46,057 nt of DNA from IMG/VR virus record IMGVR_UViG_3300037311_000130, one strand, 5' to 3'. The position numbers and the translations under genes are program-made. The stretch comes from a virus. Below are positions 35,084 through 43,055 of the stretch, piece by piece (position 1 is the stretch's first letter; the number at the start of each line of letters is the position of its first letter). The notes beneath the pieces were generated by a model that saw only the letters and a list, made by a program, of their open reading frames with translations, searched no databases and was not told the DNA's origin.

Positions 35084-36096
35084 GCGCGTCCGATGGCCTC
35101 GGCTTCGTCAGCGTTCTGCTGGTAGTAGAGCACCAGCTCGAGGAAGTGGTCTGGATCGCTCGCCGCCGGCGCCATGGGGAACATGCGCATCAGCTCCGAG
35201 CGATGGTTGTCGCTGACGACGAGCGTGCCGCACGCGGCCATCTCGAAGAAGCGCGGGTTGACGTGCGACGCCGGCAGGTTCGGCTCGTTGAAGAAGCCTG
35301 TGCCTTCGGAGGCAGGGGCCGTCGACGTCGGTACGATGCCCTTGGGGAACGGCATGTGGCGGCTCCTGCCGAGCACGCGCTTCTTGAAGCACTCCATCGT
35401 GATGCCTGGGTGCCGATGCACGTTCAGGCCGACGGCGCAGCTGCTGTAGAGCTTCGGGTGCTCGGCGTGCGACACCCAGCGCGGGTCGCGCTTGCCGACC
35501 GTGCCGAAGAACCGGATGTCGGCGCCGTCGACGAGCCGCTGCACCGGCTCAAGCCACGCCGGTCGCGGAACCAGCGTTGCGTTGCCGAGGAAGAACGCTC
35601 CCTTGCGGTCGCGGTAGTCGACCAGCGGGAACTTCTCGGTGTCAGCGCACGGCGGCAGGTAGAAGACGTTGGCGCGGTCCTCGCGCGAGAGCCGATGCGC
35701 CTCGACCGTGCAGGCGTCCATCGTGAACACGAACTTGAAGAGCGGCGACCACCTCGCCGTCTCGCCGATCTCGTAGGGTTCGTCGCAAAGGTAGACCGCC
35801 GTGACGATGCGGTGCTTGTGCAGCTCGGTAAGGAACTCGATGTTGCCGGCGGCGCGGCCGTGATGGCACCAGACGAGATCCGGCTTCCACTTCGCGATGT
35901 TGCGTGCCAGGTCGCGCGCAGTGCCCGGCATCGCCGTCGTCGAGTAGGGCGAGCGACCACCGAGCGCCAAGCGCCGAAGAGGCGAGATGTCGAACCGCTG
36001 CACCTCGCAGCCAGTGCGTTCGAACCCCTTGGTCCATCCCTCGCGGTAGTCGTCGCTGTAGATCAGCGAGGAGTCGTCTGCGATTGCGACGCGCAT
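34795..36096 (-). CDS. CgeB-like glycosyltransferase (433 aa)
   Basis: The ATG at 36096 is preceded by GAGGAG. VNPRFFEMAACGTLVVSDNHRSELMRMF and ..KRHSYTHRAAEVL match the recalled C-terminal signature of the CgeB / Glyco_trans_1_2 family. The last roughly 76 codons look like a read-through tail. Confidence 0.75.
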   Translation of the reverse strand: MRVAIADDSSLIYSDDYREGWTKGFERTGCEVQRFDISPLRRLALGGRSPYSTTAMPGTARDLARNIAKWKPDLVWCHHGRAAGNIEFLTELHKHRIVTAVYLCDEPYEIGETARWSPLFKFVFTMDACTVEAHRLSREDRANVFYLPPCADTEKFPLVDYRDRKGAFFLGNATLVPRPAWLEPVQRLVDGADIRFFGTVGKRDPRWVSHAEHPKLYSSCAVGLNVHRHPGITMECFKKRVLGRSRHMPFPKGIVPTSTAPASEGTGFFNEPNLPASHVNPRFFEMAACGTLVVSDNHRSELMRMFPMAPAASDPDHFLELVLYYQQNADEAEAIGRACSYLISKRHSYTHRAAEVLIRTGLWASLPAALASSLGEPPDWLTPPASKLLAVASSSAATGPSERWSPAFGMLQTRTSGRASDQLSLDAPTPWLL

Positions 36097-36692
36097 GGCT
36101 TGTGCTCCTCGTGGTCGGCGACATGGAACCGGACGCCGGGGTGATACCAGCAGGAGTGCCCGGTAGCGAAGGCGTGTTCGAACCACTGCTTCATCGCACT
36201 CTCTTCGCGGAGCATCAGCTCCTTCGTGGCGGCGAACCGCGTCTTGACGACGAAGAAGGTGCCGTCGAGCGGCGGCAGCTTGCGCGTGCGACGCACCGGC
36301 GCCGCGGCCGAGCTCTGCGCGTTCGGCGCCATGTCGACCAGGGCGAGGCCAGGGTCGCGATCGAAGAGCTGCCGAACCTTCGACACCCACTTCTTGTCGT
36401 CGAGGCGCACCTGCGCCGGCACGACGACGCTCATCGGGTGCTTGGGCGTCTTGATCGCGCGGTTCAGCAGTGCCAGCTGACCGACCGGCGTGCGTTCGTG
36501 GATGATCCTCCACTCGATGTGCTTGGGCACGGCGCTCATCGTGGCGCGAATCGGGTCGACAGCACGCTCGGTGCCGCCATCGACCATGACCTTGATCGTC
36601 ATGGGCGCGTCGGTGTGCTCCTCGATCGAGCGGATGCAGTCAGGAACCAGGAGCAGGTTTGCCGCTGGCGTCGTGATGATGATGTCGAGCAT
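36063..36692 (-). CDS. GT-A (family-2-like) glycosyltransferase, putative (209 aa)
   Basis: MLDIIITTPAANLLLVPDCIRSIEEHT..KVMVDGGT resembles a GT2 N-terminal Rossmann start plus an acidic motif. This is the weakest assignment in the cluster. Confidence 0.5.
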   Translation of the reverse strand: MLDIIITTPAANLLLVPDCIRSIEEHTDAPMTIKVMVDGGTERAVDPIRATMSAVPKHIEWRIIHERTPVGQLALLNRAIKTPKHPMSVVVPAQVRLDDKKWVSKVRQLFDRDPGLALVDMAPNAQSSAAAPVRRTRKLPPLDGTFFVVKTRFAATKELMLREESAMKQWFEHAFATGHSCWYHPGVRFHVADHEEHKPCASQSQTTPR

Positions 36693-36876
36693 TGTGCTGT
36701 TGCTGTCGAGCGCCCTCTCGGGCGATGTGCCGTCGCTGGCACCGCGCGCTGCAGAACGTGACCACCTTCTGTTGCTGGCGCAGCGCCGCCGCCACAGGGC
36801 CTTTCGGCAGGAAGACGTCCCTAGAGCACCCAGCGCACGGGACCAGGGCCGTTTCGCTGTTGGGTTCGGTCGCCAT
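36640..36876 (-). CDS. Small zinc-finger protein (78 aa), YacG-like Cys spacing
   Basis: MATEPNSETALVPCAGCSRDVFLP....VVTFCSARCQRRH (CxxC ... FCSxRC), with a His-rich C-terminus. Confidence 0.55.
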   Translation of the reverse strand: MATEPNSETALVPCAGCSRDVFLPKGPVAAALRQQQKVVTFCSARCQRRHIAREGARQQQHNARHHHHDASGKPAPGS

Positions 36877-37120
36877 GCTGTTCCTCGGCTGGATCGAGCT
36901 CTTGCTCGTCGTGTTGGATGGTGCGGGAGTCGGCGACTTCATGCTGCGACGCGATCAGCTCGTCTCGAGTGCGCGCCGGGTAGCGGTAGTTGTCGCCAGG
37001 TAGGTTGTTGCCGCTGACGCCGCCGGCGGCGCGCAGCTGCTCGTAGCCGTTCTGCACGGCGTTCTTCACGGCCTCGGCGACTTGGTCGATCCACGGCGCG
37101 GCGCCGTAGGCGTCCGTCAG
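36821..37120 (-). CDS. Possible small protein with a non-canonical or undetermined start
   Basis: The high-GC3 frame begins right at the TerL stop (..ATT CTG ACG GAC GCC TAC GGC..), and no ATG is available. Candidate starts are CTG 37120, GTG 37216, GTG 37069 and GTG 37057. Confidence 0.35.
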   Translation of the reverse strand: MTDAYGAAPWIDQVAEAVKNAVQNGYEQLRAAGGVSGNNLPGDNYRYPARTRDELIASQHEVADSRTIQHDEQELDPAEEQHGDRTQQRNGPGPVRWVL

Positions 37121-38868
37121 AATCTCCCGAACCGCCTCGGCTGAGGTGGCGGCTGCTTGAACAAACTGTCGCTGCTGGACGTTTCGGTTGCGGGTTGCGA
37201 ACCTCGGTTGCGCCACAGGCTGTCGCCCTGCTGGTTGCCCTTGGTGAACTCCCTGGCCGGGTATCCCCGGTCGGGGTTGTACTTGCCGTCGATCAGGTTC
37301 GGGAGCTGCCGGATCGCCGTGTTGGTGGCGAACCCGGAAGGTGGGGCGGGAGCGATCCATTGTCCTTCCTTGGTCTTCTTGTCGATGTCGCTGATGGCAT
37401 CGGGGATGTCGTCGTGCTGGCTGTAGGGCCACTCGGTCATCTCGTCGATGAGCGGCTTCCACTTCTTCCAGTTCTGCTTGAGGGAGCGCGCGAAGAAGAT
37501 GTTGCCAGCGCGGAAACGAGGCTCGGCGGCCTCAATGCGCATCTCCTTCACTTCCTGATTTCTGCCGGCGACCGCGATGATCTTCGGGCGCGTGAACGTC
37601 TGGCGCCTGATCTCTTCGAAGAGCGACGAGAGCAGTTCCTTGTGCGTCGTCTCCTCGACCACGAGCCCCTTCATGTTGAGGCTCTGGTAGCGATCCCACA
37701 GGTCGCACGCGATGCGAACGGTGTCGCTCGGCTTCCAACGTCCGACGATGAAGTCGCGCACGTAGGCGACGCGGTTCGCGTCGAGCGAGACGACCCAGAA
37801 GCACGTTCGGTCGGCCTTGCCCTTCTTCTTCTCCTCGGCGATGAACGCGAAGTCGCTGAGGATGTAGGTCCACACCGAAGCGGGGATGTCCTCGTCTTCG
37901 ATGACGCGGAAGTACTCGGCCTTGAAGATGCGCTCTTCGTCCGTCGTCGGCTTGTTCTCGTAGTAGCACGCGAACTGGCGTGGTGGCATCGTCGCCTTCT
38001 GCTGCGTGATGAACGCGCGCGTCAGGCGGCCAGGGAAGAAGAGCGTTCCGTCGGGGTTCAGCCAGGAATGGATCGACAGCTCGAAGAGCTGTCGCATCTC
38101 CGGCGTCTTCATGATGTGGCAGTAGAGGTCGGCGAAATGGTGCAGCGTGCCGATCATCAGGATGCGGCAGCCGGGGTCGAGCTGCGCCATGATCTCGCCG
38201 AACCAGTACTTCATCGCCTCGATCGACTCGGGCGTGCGCGTGTTCTCCTGGCTGACGACGTCGTCCATCAGCACGAGATCCCAGTGCGAGCCGGTCCACA
38301 CCTCGCCGGCGCCGGCGGCGAGCAGCGTGCTCTCCTTCGCGTGGGAGATGGTTCTCAGAGCAGACGTGAACTCGCCCGTACTCTCCTTCCACTCGACTTC
38401 CTTGCGGTGGACGCCGAAGCGATCTCGGTACCACTGCGAGTCGATGATCTTCATGGCCTGCTTCACGAACTTGCGGGCTTGCTTTCCCGTCTCGGAGCAG
38501 ACGCAGATGCGGATGTTCGGGTTGCGCGCGATCTCCCAACAGACGAGCGCCACGTCGAAGACCGCGCTCTTGAACGAGCCGCGCGGCCAGAGCTGCATCT
38601 TGTAGGTGTAGATGCCGCGCTTCGACTCGGGGTCTGGCTTCCACTTCCAGTTGAGGATCTCGAGCGCGCCGCGGCCGTGGGGCTGCTCCTGCGCGTCTGG
38701 CGCGGCGCCGCTATCGCGCGCGAAGTCGAGGAACCCTTCGACGGTCTTGTAGTAGTCCGCCTCTTGTCGGAGGCGGAACGCACGCAGATCCTCTGGCGAC
38801 ATCGAGCGCGCGAGGCGCTCGAGGTCAGAGCCTGGCGAAGACGTAGGTTCCGATCCCTTCGCGGCCAT
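37117..38868 (-). CDS. terL: Terminase large subunit (583 aa from ATG 38868)
   Basis: GAGGAG lies 4 nt upstream of ATG 38868. ATPase-like PRGSFKS and LVLMDDV(V)SQEN are followed by a C-terminal nuclease-like half. Alternative starts are 38880, 38904 and 38802. Confidence 0.85.
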   Translation of the reverse strand: MAAKGSEPTSSPGSDLERLARSMSPEDLRAFRLRQEADYYKTVEGFLDFARDSGAAPDAQEQPHGRGALEILNWKWKPDPESKRGIYTYKMQLWPRGSFKSAVFDVALVCWEIARNPNIRICVCSETGKQARKFVKQAMKIIDSQWYRDRFGVHRKEVEWKESTGEFTSALRTISHAKESTLLAAGAGEVWTGSHWDLVLMDDVVSQENTRTPESIEAMKYWFGEIMAQLDPGCRILMIGTLHHFADLYCHIMKTPEMRQLFELSIHSWLNPDGTLFFPGRLTRAFITQQKATMPPRQFACYYENKPTTDEERIFKAEYFRVIEDEDIPASVWTYILSDFAFIAEEKKKGKADRTCFWVVSLDANRVAYVRDFIVGRWKPSDTVRIACDLWDRYQSLNMKGLVVEETTHKELLSSLFEEIRRQTFTRPKIIAVAGRNQEVKEMRIEAAEPRFRAGNIFFARSLKQNWKKWKPLIDEMTEWPYSQHDDIPDAISDIDKKTKEGQWIAPAPPSGFATNTAIRQLPNLIDGKYNPDRGYPAREFTKGNQQGDSLWRNRGSQPATETSSSDSLFKQPPPQPRRFGRF

Positions 38869-39439
38869 AGCGCTCCTCATCGCGGTTGCGCTCGAGCAAG
38901 CCAAAGCCCTGATCCCGCATCCAACGGATGAGGCCGGCCTCGGTGAAGTACCAGATGTGCTCGCCGGGCTTGTAGTGCTTGCTGCGGATGACGTGCTCGG
39001 CGCTGTCGAAGATCGGCAGCGACATCAGCACCTTCTTCCGCACGTTCCTGAGCATCGCCTCCGGCGAGAGCATGTGCTCGAGGCTGTCCCAACAGGTGAC
39101 GTTGTCGACTGCCAGCTTCGTTGGATCGTCGAACAAGTCTCTGGACCTCAGTATCACCTCAGAGGAGCTATTGACGTCGTAGCCGTAGATCGGCATGCCG
39201 CACTTCTGCATGTAGTTGACGAAGCCGAGAGCCCCAACCCCAACGTCAACAGTTCGATGCTCTAGCCGAGAATGCCTGCAGAGGACTGCCCCGCGATGCT
39301 CGATCAGGCTCTTGCCGACCTCGGTGCCTTCGCGCACTCGGCACTTCTCGAAGTAGTCGTCGTCGTAGCGCACGACAGTCTTCTCGTCCGGCAGCTCGCG
39401 CCCGTAGCCCTTGTGCGGCCACCACACCAGTTCGCTCAT
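38825..39439 (-). CDS. Class I SAM-dependent methyltransferase (204 aa)
   Basis: Motif I-like VDVGVGALGF is followed by ..GYDVN.. and CWDSLEHM. I saw no DPPY/NPPY or PC DNA-methyltransferase motif. GC is visibly lower than in the neighbouring genes. Confidence 0.75.
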   Translation of the reverse strand: MSELVWWPHKGYGRELPDEKTVVRYDDDYFEKCRVREGTEVGKSLIEHRGAVLCRHSRLEHRTVDVGVGALGFVNYMQKCGMPIYGYDVNSSSEVILRSRDLFDDPTKLAVDNVTCWDSLEHMLSPEAMLRNVRKKVLMSLPIFDSAEHVIRSKHYKPGEHIWYFTEAGLIRWMRDQGFGLLERNRDEERYGREGIGTYVFARL

Positions 39440-40419
39440 CGCATCACCTCGAGGACGTGGTCGGCGACGACGTCAGGATGGTCCTTCGTGTGGACCGCGC
39501 GGTAGCGCCGCGCTTGGACCGCGTCGGGCCGGCACCAGTTGTAGCGCATGCCTTCACTGAACTGCCACCAGTCGCCCCAGATGCACACGACCGGCGTGCC
39601 CAGCTGCGTCGCGATCATGGGGCTACCCGACGGGTGGCCGAACATCGCCGAAGCGCGCCGTTTCAGGTGGATCAGCTGCGCCCACGTCGTCTTGCCGGTC
39701 ATGTCGACCACGCGCGGGTGCGCGCCGCGCAGCATCGCGCCGACCTTCTCGTCCCACTTCGCGCCGACGAGCAGGATCTTGTGCGGCAGCTTCGCGTCGT
39801 CGAGCCGATTGCCGACGGAGAGAAGGGCCTCGGTCGGCGGCGCCGCCTTCCACCACTCCTCGTAGAAGCTGGCCTTGTAGAAGTTCGCCAGCAGGAACTT
39901 CTCGGGCGCTTCGATCGACTGCTCCGCGTGCTCGATCGGGTAATCCCAATCGGTCGCGCCGGCCTGTGGCCAGATGCCGGCCATCGGCGTGCCGAGCTCG
40001 ACGAGCTTGTTCGCGGCGATGAACAGGTCGAAGCCCGGCATGTCGGTGAAGACCTTGCCGTGGAAGAAGCTCGCGGTGGTGAACGCCGTCCACCGCTTCG
40101 GGCGGATGTCGAGGTAGCCGCCGAAGTCGAGCCACGGCACGCAGCGCAGGAAGTCGCCGGCGCGATCGAACGACGGGTCGCCGCTGCAGACGGTGACCAC
40201 CGGCTTGTGCTTGTCGTTGCCGCTCTGCTTCAACAGGCCGCGCAGGCGCAGAAGCACCCAGTGGATGTCGCCGACGCCAGGCGGCATCAGGATGCGCAGC
40301 GGCCGGTCCTTCGCCTTCAACGCGATCTCGAGCGTCGGCTGCGGCTGCTTGGGAGCCTTCACCTGGTAGGTTCCGGCCTTCGTGACGACTCTGCGCACCT
40401 CAGTCCTCCTCGGGTTCAT
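39436..40419 (-). CDS. GT9-family (heptosyltransferase-like) glycosyltransferase (327 aa)
   Basis: ILMPPGVGDIHWVL plus VDMTGKTTWAQLIHLKRRASAMFGHPSGSPMIATQLGTPVVCIWG match the recalled GT9 C-terminal signature (..GkT.l.el..l...a...vg.DSG.mHlA.alG.P.v.lfG). Confidence 0.8.
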   Translation of the reverse strand: MNPRRTEVRRVVTKAGTYQVKAPKQPQPTLEIALKAKDRPLRILMPPGVGDIHWVLLRLRGLLKQSGNDKHKPVVTVCSGDPSFDRAGDFLRCVPWLDFGGYLDIRPKRWTAFTTASFFHGKVFTDMPGFDLFIAANKLVELGTPMAGIWPQAGATDWDYPIEHAEQSIEAPEKFLLANFYKASFYEEWWKAAPPTEALLSVGNRLDDAKLPHKILLVGAKWDEKVGAMLRGAHPRVVDMTGKTTWAQLIHLKRRASAMFGHPSGSPMIATQLGTPVVCIWGDWWQFSEGMRYNWCRPDAVQARRYRAVHTKDHPDVVADHVLEVMR

Positions 40420-41134
40420 CTTCGTCTCTGGTCTTCGGAACGGTGTCGAAGCTCGCGTCCTTGGCGTTCTCGACCAGCTTGGCCGCGGTGATCTTCTTCG
40501 CCTCGAGCTTCACGAGCGCGTCGATCTCCTGCTTCGTCACGTCGTCCACCTTGTGCGTGACTTCGACGCGATGGATCGCGCTGTCGACGATGCCGATGCT
40601 CTGTAGCGCCTTCAAGTAGTCGCGCTCGACCGCCCAGAACGCCTTGTGGTCGCCGGCCTCGATCGCTAGCTGCTTGGCGCGCTCGGCCGCCGCGTGCAGC
40701 TGGCCGGCGATGGTGTCGAGGCGGATGCCGACGACCTGCTGCCCGACCTCGCTCGCATACGCCTGGTAGGTGCGCATCACCGCCGACTCGGTGATGCCGA
40801 GCTCGGTGGCGATCACGGCGCTGGCGAAGCCGGTGTTGCGCAGCTTCACGATCAGGGCGCCGCGCTGCGGGTCGGTGAGGCCCTTGAACCACTCGGCGCG
40901 CTTGCTCCGCGGGTGCTGTTGGAGGGAAGTCCACAGCCGGGCGCCAAGATCCTCGAGCGTGTACTTCTGCGTCATCCCGCCGTCCGGCGGGATGGCGGTG
41001 ATGCCATGGTCGACGAGCAGGTTGCACAGCTCGGCGACCGTCAGGCCGACCGCCGCCGCGGCCTTCTCCGCCGTCGCCATGGCGTCGGTGTTGGCGATCG
41101 CCGGCAGGACGAAGGGCTCGCGCTTCTTGGCCAC
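40400..41134 (-). CDS. Terminase small subunit-like DNA-binding protein (244 aa)
   Basis: GTG start. Sigma-70 region-4/LuxR-like HTH LTDPQRGALIVKLRNTGFASAVIATELGITESAVMRTY is followed by a helical oligomerisation-like region and an acidic tail. It lies upstream of terL. Confidence 0.55.
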   Translation of the reverse strand: MAKKREPFVLPAIANTDAMATAEKAAAAVGLTVAELCNLLVDHGITAIPPDGGMTQKYTLEDLGARLWTSLQQHPRSKRAEWFKGLTDPQRGALIVKLRNTGFASAVIATELGITESAVMRTYQAYASEVGQQVVGIRLDTIAGQLHAAAERAKQLAIEAGDHKAFWAVERDYLKALQSIGIVDSAIHRVEVTHKVDDVTKQEIDALVKLEAKKITAAKLVENAKDASFDTVPKTRDEDEPEED

Positions 41135-41144
41135 GAGCTGGAGA

Positions 41145-41534
41145 CTACGCCTGGTCGTCGGTCTTCGGGTCGCTGATCGTGCGGCGCGGCTTCGCCTCGA
41201 TGACCACCTGCGTCGTCGTCTGCACCTGGATGTCGAGGATCTCCATGGCGCGGAAGATCATCACCTGCTTGCCGGCCAGCAGGTTGCCACCTTCCTTGCG
41301 AATCCACTTCGCCGCCTTGACCGTGTCCTCGAAGCGCGGGATGCCGGGGATCGGCAGCAGCGCACCGGCGGGGGTCTCGCGACCCGGCAGGACGACCTCG
41401 TAGATGCAGTAGTCGCCTTCGCCACCGCCAAGCAGGCGCTTGCGGTTGCCACGCTTCGGCGCCCGCTTCTTCTTCGGCGTCGGGTTCGCTTCGTCGGTTG
41501 GGGTGGTCGGAACTTCCTGGGTGGTGTCGGTCAT
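41145..41534 (-). CDS. Hypothetical protein (129 aa) with a basic N-terminus
   Basis: ATGA overlap at 41531-41534. Protein starts MTDTTQEVPTTPTDEANPTPKKKRAPKRGNRKR. Confidence 0.7.
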   Translation of the reverse strand: MTDTTQEVPTTPTDEANPTPKKKRAPKRGNRKRLLGGGEGDYCIYEVVLPGRETPAGALLPIPGIPRFEDTVKAAKWIRKEGGNLLAGKQVMIFRAMEILDIQVQTTTQVVIEAKPRRTISDPKTDDQA

Positions 41535-41731
41535 GCTTCTGGTGTAGCAACGGGCTTCTCGGTTTGCAAGTGCATGATGGCGAGCGCCATGTCGTGGATC
41601 ACGTTGCAAAGCAACTGACGCTGCGCCGCTGGCGTCGCATCGAACGGAACCCAGGCTTGTTGCCCTAGAGAATCACGCGTCTGCTCCTCAAGTGCCACCG
41701 TCGACCGGTCCACTATCACCGCTCGGACCAT
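41531..41731 (-). CDS. Hypothetical protein (66 aa)
   Basis: ATG at 41731, MVRAVIVDRSTVALEEQTRDSLGQQAWVPF. It overlaps the upstream gene by 44 nt. Confidence 0.55.
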   Translation of the reverse strand: MVRAVIVDRSTVALEEQTRDSLGQQAWVPFDATPAAQRQLLCNVIHDMALAIMHLQTEKPVATPEA

Positions 41732-42434
41732 GTTGCCCGTCTGGAGTTTTCCACTCCAAACGGGTGTCGGAGTTCTCAGCTTGTTGTCGCTGGAAGTGGA
41801 ATCCGACGAAGTCGTCGGGTTCTTGGGCGAACTTGCAGGGTCGGGTGTTGGGGTCTTCATCGTAGCTGTAGCGGCGATCGCCGCACTTGGTGCAGAAGTC
41901 CATGTAGGGCCAGTCGGTCTGCGACGCCATCCGAGCCAGCTTCCAGCGGTGACCGTAGCTGAACACCGCCCCGTTCGCATCCCTGACCAGCGCGATCGGC
42001 GCTCGAGGATCGCGCGAGGTGTGCGCCGGCAGCACGTTGGCCTCGCGGGTCGCCTTGCGGCCCCGGTAGGGGTAGGCGCGCGCCAGATCGAGGAACTCGT
42101 CTCGAGACAGCGCGCCACCGAGATCGGCGCCCAGAAGCTCAACCAGGTCGAGCAGGACGCAGATGGCCGCCCCGAAGCTGACCCCGTCCTCGCTGAACCG
42201 GACGCGCATGCCGAGCTTCGCGCGCCAACTGCGCAGCCGCTGGTAGGCCGCGATGTTCAGCACGAGGGTCGTCTGCCCACCCGACACGCTCTTCGCCCGC
42301 AGCTTGAACGAGTCGAGCAGCGCCTTGCGCTCGGCAACAGGATCACTCGCCGGCACAAGCGGCGCCGCGGCATCATCTTGCGTCGCCGCATCAGCCGGCG
42401 TCACGGGCGGAAGGCCATCGGAGGAAGGAGCCAT
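41688..42434 (-). CDS. Hypothetical protein (248 aa), first gene of the leftward arm
   Basis: ATG at 42434. Contains a ..DFCTKCGDRRYSYDEDPNTRPC.. Cys cluster and has normal amino-acid composition. The alternative ORF 41531..42142 is Arg/Thr-rich junk upstream of 41731. Confidence 0.75.
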   Translation of the reverse strand: MAPSSDGLPPVTPADAATQDDAAAPLVPASDPVAERKALLDSFKLRAKSVSGGQTTLVLNIAAYQRLRSWRAKLGMRVRFSEDGVSFGAAICVLLDLVELLGADLGGALSRDEFLDLARAYPYRGRKATREANVLPAHTSRDPRAPIALVRDANGAVFSYGHRWKLARMASQTDWPYMDFCTKCGDRRYSYDEDPNTRPCKFAQEPDDFVGFHFQRQQAENSDTRLEWKTPDGQHGPSGDSGPVDGGT

Positions 42435-42511
42435 CGGCGCGTTCTACCACCACCCCGAGGCGCCGTCAACAACCATGAAGAGAACCCATATACCCTTGCC
42501 TGTGAGAGAAA

Positions 42512-42720
42512 CCCCCCCCCCCCTACGCGTAAGAGTGAGTGCGCATGCCCCAACAACAACAACAACAACAACCACTCATCTTAGAGAGAGAGAGATAGGA
42601 GATAGGATATCTACAGGGAGGTTCAGGATTTTCTCCTGGTTTTTTTACGGTGAAGGGTGCTGACGCTGCCACTCCGTCGGGAATCTGAGGGGCCTGTCGT
42701 TTCGGCGTTCGGTTTTTTTT
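42512..42720. repeat. Cluster of low-complexity tracts in the control region: C12 (42512-42523), (CAA)7 (42551-42571), (AG)6A (42583-42595), T7 (42640-42646), T8 (42713-42720)
   Basis: Counted directly. The tracts stand out against the GC-rich, tract-free remainder of the genome. Confidence 0.9.
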
Positions 42721-42840
42721 GGGGGACGAGGGATGAGGGGATGCTTCATTCCGTAAATGAGGCGAGGTGGGCCCCGACGCGTCCGGGTCTCGCAAGTGCC
42801 GATGGCAACGGGAGTTACGCGCTCGAGGAACCTGGCGACC

Positions 42841-42888
42841 GTGTAATAATTACACACCTAACATCCCCCTAACGTGTAAAAGTTACAC
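42841..42888. promoter_or_regulatory. Two operator-like palindromes GTGTAA-N3-TTACAC (42841-42855 perfect 7+1+7; 42874-42888 with 6-bp arms), centres 33 bp apart
   Basis: GTGTAATAATTACAC and GTGTAAAAGTTACAC were read directly. They lie in the AT-richest patch of the divergent intergenic region, about 170-215 bp upstream of the first rightward gene. Confidence 0.6.
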
Positions 42889-43055
42889 GGTATACCTCAC
42901 TTCCACCACACAACATCTCCCGTCCCTCGACCGAACCGCCATCCACACAAGCACAAGCGCGCTTTCTCTCCCCTCTACTTGCTTCCGCTCGACTCTCGTG
43001 CTACGCTGCCCACGTTCGCGCTTCCCTTCTCTCTCCTTTCTCTACAGGAGCCCCC

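Noticed and set aside
42661-42720. Hammerhead or other small self-cleaving ribozyme, prompted by CTGAGG and CGAAAC strings.
   Set aside because: The conserved CUGAnGA core is not present, and the order and spacing of the elements do not fit.
42657-42872. 71-aa plus-strand ORF (or a 43-aa version from ATG 42741) inside the control region.
   Set aside because: GC3 is mixed and it runs through the first operator palindrome. There is no spacing between the G-rich patch and the ATG, and the region looks regulatory rather than coding.
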